From: Patescibacteria group bacterium
GTDB taxonomy: Bacteria > Patescibacteriota > Patescibacteriia > UBA10025 > JAHIVO01
Reading direction: 5' to 3'
DNA length: 64,000 bases
Assembly (NCBI GenBank): GCA_041650915.1
Contig: JBAZKE010000001.1
Location: 187,284 to 251,283 of the forward strand
Part shown: piece after piece, positions 58,247 through 64,000 of the stretch
Layout of the letters: every line of letters starts with the position of its first letter
How positions within the stretch are numbered: the stretch's first letter is position 1
Notes under the pieces: generated by a model
Databases searched by the model: none
Seen by the model: the letters and a program-made list of their open reading frames with translations, nothing else
What the model was told of the DNA's origin: nothing
Position numbers and translations under genes: made by a program

Positions 58247-59107
58247 ATGCAGTTCAAGAAGACCATCGTCATTTCCTCCGGCGCGCTCTTCCTGAGCTGC
58301 ATGCTCGTGTGCGTAACGTTCTGGTACGATGCGTCGTCACGGGAGCTGACCGTCACGTTTTTTGATGTCGGGCAGGGAGACAGCATTTTCATCCAGACAC
58401 CCTCACGGCATACGGTTCTCATCGACGGCGGACCGGATGCGGGCGTCCTGGCAAAAGTCGGCAGGCGGATGCCGTTCTACGACCGAACTATCGATCTCGT
58501 AATCTTGACGCACGTTCACGCCGACCACATTGCCGGGCTGGTACCGATCATCGAACGGTACGATGTCGGCACCGTCCTTTTCTCGAACATCGATTACACG
58601 TCGCCGGAGTACAGAGCTTGGCTCGAAACGATCGACGAGAAAGAAATCGAAGCCGTCTCGCCGCGCGCCCGCTTACAGTATCAGTTTGGTGAGGTGGATT
58701 TGGAAATCCTCTATCCGTTCGATGAGATTTCCGGCCCGTTCGGCGGGGATATCAATGATACGTCAGTCGTTGCCCGGATGCAGTATGGCAGCACCTCGTT
58801 TTTATTTACCGGGGACGCGTCAGCGTCCGTTGAGGGGGAATTGTTGCTGCAGTACGGTTCGGCGGCGCTCGAGAGCGATGTTCTGAAGGTTGGCCACCAC
58901 GGCAGCAAGTACTCATCGTCGCTCGAATTTCTCGAGGTGGTGGGCCCCCGGTACGCGGTTGTGCAGGTGGGGGAGGGCAATAGCTTCAGCCACCCGCACC
59001 GCATGGTGATGAAGCGGCTCGAGGGTCTCGGCATAAGCGTTTACCGAACCGATGAGCTCGGTGATATTACGCTCTGCAGCGACGGAAGCGCGCTCAGCAT
59101 TGAGTAG
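58247..59107 (+). CDS. ComEC-associated metallo-beta-lactamase domain protein (split ComEC C-terminal part)
   Basis: FDVGQGD, IDGG, THVHADH, LFTGD, KVGHHGS, RTDELG. Confidence 0.92.
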   Translation: MQFKKTIVISSGALFLSCMLVCVTFWYDASSRELTVTFFDVGQGDSIFIQTPSRHTVLIDGGPDAGVLAKVGRRMPFYDRTIDLVILTHVHADHIAGLVPIIERYDVGTVLFSNIDYTSPEYRAWLETIDEKEIEAVSPRARLQYQFGEVDLEILYPFDEISGPFGGDINDTSVVARMQYGSTSFLFTGDASASVEGELLLQYGSAALESDVLKVGHHGSKYSSSLEFLEVVGPRYAVVQVGEGNSFSHPHRMVMKRLEGLGISVYRTDELGDITLCSDGSALSIE

Positions 59108-59199
59108 TGCCGCTACTTGACGCAGGTCGATTGCTCTGGTAAGGTGCCAGAACCGTACGTAAACAACCAAACCAACCAAACAGAGATTGGAGGCCTCAC

Positions 59200-60252
59200 A
59201 TGGCAGAAAAAAACGCTGCTATCAAAGCAGCACCGCACGGCGATCCTGCGATCGAGCCTCAGCACGCGAAGAAGTGGTGGCGGTTTTCGGCCAGCACTGA
59301 CCAGCGCCGGGTGCTCATCGCATCGGCAGCTACCGTCTTCGGGCCGCTCCTTGTCGGGGCGATCACGGGGAGCTCGCTGCTCGGATTGCTTGCTGGCATC
59401 GTTTCGATCGGTGTGTTCGGAATCCGTTCTGTACCGCCGGTCAGCAACGCGCTTCTGTACCTGTTTTGGAACAGGCGCACGCGAATCGGCTTCTCGGAGG
59501 GGCCGGTCTGGATTCCCTGGTTCCTTGGAGCACGGCTCCAGCACGTCGACATTAAGCAGATGACGCATGACATCTCGAAGGAGGATAACTTCACAAAGGA
59601 CGGCATGCATCTCATCTACGATATCGTGGTGCACTACGGGATCACGCATATACGCGAGGAAGGCCTCTGGAAAAATTTTTCCAGGGCAGTGCGCTGGATC
59701 TCCAGCCGGGAGCAGAACGCCGCTGGACTGTACAGCTTCGTGAGCGTTGTCGACATGCCGGCGGCCATCGTGATGATGGATTCGATGGCATCCGACCTGA
59801 CGCGCGCTGCACTTAACCGGCGCGGGTTCGAACAGGTGTTCAATTTCAGCCTGGAGGGAAGAGCGGTTGCCGCCACCGCGAACGGCGATGAAATCCAGAA
59901 CGAGGTGCAGGGCCAGCTCAACGCAAAGCTCGAGCGGATCGGAATTACCGTCTATGAGTTTTCACTCAAGGACATTGATTTCCACCCATCGAGCGCGCAA
60001 GCGATGGAGCAGAAGGTGCTGTCCAAGATTTTGAGCGAGGCGATCGAAATTGCGTATCAGACTATTACGAGGATTGCCAAGAGCCTCGTTACCGAGGGTG
60101 CTGCCGTCAACCAGACAGCGCTGCTCGTCCAGGTGATCGAGGCAATGAAAAAGTCTGCTGAAAGCGCAGGCATGCTCGGACCGCTGCTGCAGTCCCTGAC
60201 CTGGGACAAGGTGCAGTCGATGGGCAGCGGCAGTTTGGGAAGTGCCGTTTAG
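59200..60252 (+). CDS. SPFH/Band-7-like membrane protein
   Basis: Two N-terminal TMs; TKDGMHLIYDIVVHYGI and GITVYEFSLKDIDF; SD GGAGG; promoter TTGACG-N17-TAAGGT at 59117-59145. Confidence 0.7.
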   Translation: MAEKNAAIKAAPHGDPAIEPQHAKKWWRFSASTDQRRVLIASAATVFGPLLVGAITGSSLLGLLAGIVSIGVFGIRSVPPVSNALLYLFWNRRTRIGFSEGPVWIPWFLGARLQHVDIKQMTHDISKEDNFTKDGMHLIYDIVVHYGITHIREEGLWKNFSRAVRWISSREQNAAGLYSFVSVVDMPAAIVMMDSMASDLTRAALNRRGFEQVFNFSLEGRAVAATANGDEIQNEVQGQLNAKLERIGITVYEFSLKDIDFHPSSAQAMEQKVLSKILSEAIEIAYQTITRIAKSLVTEGAAVNQTALLVQVIEAMKKSAESAGMLGPLLQSLTWDKVQSMGSGSLGSAV

Positions 60253-60314
60253 TACGCAGAGCGTTTGCGCTCGGGCTCATATGGGACATGGGCTCTTTTT
60301 TTATATTTATCCCC

Positions 60315-60409
60315 TTGACAAATCTACGGAAAAGTACTAGGATTGAAAGCCGTGTAAACTGCCCAGAGTGCATTTACACTGCCTGAGATCTGTATAGATC
60401 TTTGACAAC
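60315..60409 (+). promoter_or_regulatory. Sigma70 promoter, hairpin and boxA-like element
   Basis: TTGACA-N17-TAGGAT; hairpin GTGTAAA..TGC/GCA..TTTACAC 60352-60379; GATCTTTGACAAC 60397-60409. Confidence 0.6.
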
Positions 60410-60517
60410 TTGTGAACTGGAAAAAACCGTAAAAAAGAATCTGAAGTATATAGAAGAAAAGAGGTACAAGATGAAGAAACTGCATTGTTGTTTTGACACA
60501 ATCGGAATTGAAGGGGG

Positions 60518-61618
60518 GTGGTGAGCTTGGCAAGGACGGGTTTAACCGCAGGTAGCGCCAGTCACGTGGCACGGCAGACTGTAATTAGAATGATGTTGAA
60601 TGCGGGCCTGGTCAGGCTCGCGAATACACCAGCTGTACAGGATGCCATGACTCAACTGGGACACTTACTGCATGATGCACCGGGAGGTAATTTTGCAGTG
60701 AGCCTTGGACATACGATCATCGATTTCGTGCCTTCCGGCGACGCTCGGGCTGCGCTCGAGACCGTGTATAACCGGGCGGTGTTCAGTACATCGCCACAAC
60801 GACAGGAGACTGAGATGCCTAATAAAGGAGGCAAAGGAAAAACTGAGGTGAGTACGGGTACTCCTGGTACGCAGGCTCGCAACGGCGAGGACTTCGTACA
60901 GAAGGGGCGTACGCTCGTGCTGAGCCTCGGCGATCCTGCCTCGGGTACTATCTCAGGCTGGATCGCTCTGCTCGCAACAACCGAACAGCAAAACTTTGTG
61001 TATGCTGTCATTGGTGAGTTCTATAACGCATCGGCGCTGCAGCAGATCCATGCGATCTGGAAGGATCGCGAGAATCCGGATCCGCTCCTCATCTTTGGAC
61101 TGGAGCTAAATCCGGGTATCGCAGCCGGCATACGTATTGCCGGAGATGATGACCAGATTGCCGAGCCGCAGACTGTCGGTGAGAAGCGAGCTGCCGTTAT
61201 GGGCTGGCTCGCAAGCGGCGTACCTGGAGTGTACAAGCACCTCGCTGACGTTCTCGCGAAGAGCGTAGCAAGTGACTCGCCGGCCGATCGCCAGCGCTTT
61301 GATGAGTACATGGCGACGTTCTATCCGCTCGGTCCGTCCCGGACTATTTTGCAGTTTTCGCTGCTTAATGATCTCGGGATAGAAGAGCTGGCAAAGGTGT
61401 GTGGCGTTCGCGCCAATATGTTCACCAAGGTCACTCAATTCCTGAAGAAGTTTTTCGCAAAGGTGCGCAAACGCACCCGGGGCAGCTTTGATAGCGATAC
61501 GCTCAGGCGGTACGCGGCAGCGCTCAATGAAGAAAACCGGAGGCTTGGTATGCCGGAGGTTCAACCTTCGACACGCCCGCCTAAGGTTATCACTCTCGGA
61601 TACGATGGACAGAAATAG
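60518..61618 (+). CDS. Hypothetical protein (start uncertain; alternative in-frame ATG 60815)
   Basis: 366-codon ORF after the promoter; no recognised motif. Confidence 0.7.
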   Translation: MVSLARTGLTAGSASHVARQTVIRMMLNAGLVRLANTPAVQDAMTQLGHLLHDAPGGNFAVSLGHTIIDFVPSGDARAALETVYNRAVFSTSPQRQETEMPNKGGKGKTEVSTGTPGTQARNGEDFVQKGRTLVLSLGDPASGTISGWIALLATTEQQNFVYAVIGEFYNASALQQIHAIWKDRENPDPLLIFGLELNPGIAAGIRIAGDDDQIAEPQTVGEKRAAVMGWLASGVPGVYKHLADVLAKSVASDSPADRQRFDEYMATFYPLGPSRTILQFSLLNDLGIEELAKVCGVRANMFTKVTQFLKKFFAKVRKRTRGSFDSDTLRRYAAALNEENRRLGMPEVQPSTRPPKVITLGYDGQK

Positions 61619-61648
61619 AAAGAAATGAAATGAGAAAGGAGGCCTTAA

Positions 61649-62194
61649 GTGGCTGAAGAAAGAAACAAAGAAGCGGAGCAGGCCATCCGCGGAGCAATTG
61701 ATGAGCTCAATGGCATATGGGGCGATACGCTCCAGTTCGTGAGGGATCTGATTAAAGATCTCCCCGCGTTCAAGCTGCTGCTCGTATTCCTCGCTGGCGG
61801 CATCGCTGCGGACATTTTCTTCAACCGGCTCGAAAAGCTGGTCGCTGAAGATGCTGAGGAGCGAATGATCGCCCGCCAAATGCTGTGGCAGCACCGGCGG
61901 AAGCTTGCCGAACACTACGGCAAGCTCGGCTGGGAAAAGGTCATTAAACTCGCTAAAAAGATCAAGGGGAAATACCCGGATCTTTTGGACTGGCTTGCTA
62001 AAAGGGGCTGGGAGGACACTGTTCATGCAAATGGGCTGATCGAGCAAGGCAATGCTCGTTTAGCTCAAACCGGGCTTTTCTCCTGGTTGCAGTGCCCGCC
62101 CTTTGCAGGTCCCAAGCGGATACCCAGTTCAACCGCTTGCAAACTGTTGCCTGCACCGGTAGGGACGATGGAGGTGAACGATGAAAGCAACTGA
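61649..62194 (+). CDS. Hypothetical protein with one hydrophobic segment
   Basis: GTG start after AGGAGG; 3' end overlaps the start of the next gene. Confidence 0.7.
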   Translation: MAEERNKEAEQAIRGAIDELNGIWGDTLQFVRDLIKDLPAFKLLLVFLAGGIAADIFFNRLEKLVAEDAEERMIARQMLWQHRRKLAEHYGKLGWEKVIKLAKKIKGKYPDLLDWLAKRGWEDTVHANGLIEQGNARLAQTGLFSWLQCPPFAGPKRIPSSTACKLLPAPVGTMEVNDESN

Positions 62195-64000
62195 AGGAAT
62201 CAAGAAAGCCGCTAAGTGGCTTCAGGACCTCGCGAAACGTCTTGACACGTGGTCGCGTACGGGAGCGCAGGGGCACATCCTCCAGATACTTGCGCTTATA
62301 GGAGCGGAAGAGGTCTGGCAAAAACGGCGGACGATCTGGGGATATTTCTGGAATTTTCTGTCCCTCGTTCTGTTTGCCGCGGATAAGGGCCTCCACCCGA
62401 CGCTCATGGCGTACGGGAGAGCTGTCCGTTTGCTCCTGCCGATCGGACTCTTCCTGATAATCGAGTCTCTGGTCATGATTTTTTGCGGGATCGGGCAAAC
62501 GTCGGTGTTCATGACCGTCGTGATCGGGGTCATCGTGGCGCTGTTCGTGCAATATGCGTTTAATTACATTTTCAGAACGCATACCGCAGCGGCGCCTCCC
62601 AACCAGCAGCTCGGTGTGACGAGTAGCTGGCGGGACCGTTTCGGATCGTTGTTCGACGGATTGGTACGGATGGTACGGTGGCTTGTAACGCGCGCAGCGT
62701 TTACGGTAGCGATCGCGGCATTTGTCTGGTGGGCATACGGCTATGTCGGTAATGGAAATCCTGCGGGGGTTATCGTTACCATGCCGTTTCTCATCTTCCT
62801 CGGCTTGATCTTTTGCATCGTGACGTTCCCGGCGCTCTACATCGCGTTCCTCCTAGCGAAGGCCGCAAAAATGGTCGACGCCAAGGATGCTGATGATAAA
62901 CCGGTGACGTTCCTCAACACCGCTGCGAAGCCGGTATTGCAGGCGACGTTCTTCATGATCGGGACGCTCCTCTCGCTCGAGCTCTTCTGTATCATCGGAT
63001 ACCTGGCGCCAGCTGCTGCGTATGCGGTGATATTGGCAATGCTCGGGTTGGGGATTGCCTCGATTACCAATCCGTTTATGCGGAAGGTTCTGAAGAGCAT
63101 TACGACCAGCAATATGGTGCTTTCAATCGGTGTCACGATTATCCTGGCGCTCGTAACCGCAGCTCTCCCGATGCAGCGTGAAAACATCACGCAGCTTGTG
63201 AAGAATGCAGTGCATGCGCGTATTGCCCCAGCGCTCGAGTACATCTCCGTGCGCTCGGCGGGTGACGTGAACTACGACGGAATGACGGATAAGCGTGATG
63301 TTGAGCTTGTTGAGCATTTCGTGGTAAACGGGACGCAAACCGAGCTCCTCCCCGAAGACCTTCGCTATGCGGATGTCAACGGGACGCTGACTGTTGATCG
63401 GCTCGACGTAGCTTTCTTGACCGATGCGGTTGCGACCGGCAACCACATGAGGCTCAGACAGCCGCAGAAGTACGACGGATCATTCTATATCGTCGGCGAC
63501 TTCAACGGTAATGGTGTTTTCGACTGGGGTGACCATTCGCTCATGTCGCAAGCTCTTGCCGGAGACCTGACGCTTCTGCCGATGGGCAACGCTCTGTATG
63601 CCGATGCAAACGGCGACGGGCAATTTACCCAGGCTGATGCCGTGTTCTGCTCCCGTTGCCTGAACGGAACGGGACCGACTCCTCGCATCATCGCAATTCC
63701 ATCGCTTTCCCATGCGGGGTCTCACGTTGCCACCGCAAGCATGTTACCGTCGCTCGGCGGGGCGCACGCGGCAACGCTTCCGGCTGCAGTATTGAGTCCG
63801 ATTACCCCTCGGGTGATCGAGTTCATTAACGGCCAGCCGGTTAATCCGATGGGGCACGGTGGAGTTGAATGGCGCGTAAAAACGCTTGAAATCCACGAAG
63901 ACAGCATACTATGCATCATAACGCTTCAACCTCAACGGGATAGGAAGATTATGGTACACAGTTCGACCCGCATTGTAACGGATAATGGGCAAGAAATTCC
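62181..64000 (+). CDS. Polytopic membrane protein with two tandem dockerin-like domains (3' end lies beyond the window; absent from the ORF track)
   Basis: Hand-translated from ATG 62181 (SD GGAGGTG): over 600 codons with no stop, MKATEGIKK..., many TM segments, then GDVNYDGMTDKRD / ADVNGTLTVDRLD / GDFNGNGVFDWGD / ADANGDGQFTQAD. Confidence 0.85.
   Translation, partial: MKATEGIKKAAKWLQDLAKRLDTWSRTGAQGHILQILALIGAEEVWQKRRTIWGYFWNFLSLVLFAADKGLHPTLMAYGRAVRLLLPIGLFLIIESLVMIFCGIGQTSVFMTVVIGVIVALFVQYAFNYIFRTHTAAAPPNQQLGVTSSWRDRFGSLFDGLVRMVRWLVTRAAFTVAIAAFVWWAYGYVGNGNPAGVIVTMPFLIFLGLIFCIVTFPALYIAFLLAKAAKMVDAKDADDKPVTFLNTAAKPVLQATFFMIGTLLSLELFCIIGYLAPAAAYAVILAMLGLGIASITNPFMRKVLKSITTSNMVLSIGVTIILALVTAALPMQRENITQLVKNAVHARIAPALEYISVRSAGDVNYDGMTDKRDVELVEHFVVNGTQTELLPEDLRYADVNGTLTVDRLDVAFLTDAVATGNHMRLRQPQKYDGSFYIVGDFNGNGVFDWGDHSLMSQALAGDLTLLPMGNALYADANGDGQFTQADAVFCSRCLNGTGPTPRIIAIPSLSHAGSHVATASMLPSLGGAHAATLPAAVLSPITPRVIEFINGQPVNPMGHGGVEWRVKTLEIHEDSILCIITLQPQRDRKIMVHSSTRIVTDNGQEI

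Noticed and set aside
56737-59107. Split comEC as a disrupted gene or a novelty
   Set aside because: Both parts are intact, and the second has its own ATG and N-terminal anchor; two-gene ComEC is a known arrangement

Overview
This is a 64-kb chromosomal segment of a bacterium using genetic code 11 (TGA is a stop and RF2 is present). Gene content points to Patescibacteria/CPR, probably a Parcubacteria ABY1-type lineage; this is inferred from the pilin-headed giant protein, split comEC, TSP3-repeat proteins with Asn-rich linkers and an O-antigen-ligase-like/TPR protein. Most of the window is housekeeping: lgt, 5 tRNAs, parAB, topA, dprA, mfd, pilM, a pilT paralog, pth, der, LCP, lepB, hisS, rpsU, ybeY, ftsAZ, prfB (with +1 frameshift), glnA, glmS and comEC. 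Four things stand out. (1) A 14.7-kb surface-protein locus built around a 3722-aa protein with a VirB2/TrbC-like pilin head, five ~255-aa tandem repeats and an internal pseudopilin-like domain. (2) A compact B12 module: nrdR, nrdJ, cobalamin adenosyltransferase, a cobalamin riboswitch, DUF4430 and a putative S-component. (3) An orphan operon at the right end with a promoter-hairpin-boxA-like leader, whose last gene is missing from the ORF track and encodes a polytopic membrane protein with tandem dockerin-like domains. (4) Two unexplained structured intergenic RNA candidates. I found no CRISPR array, integrase, transposase or rRNA. All family assignments come from motif recognition by eye, not database searches.
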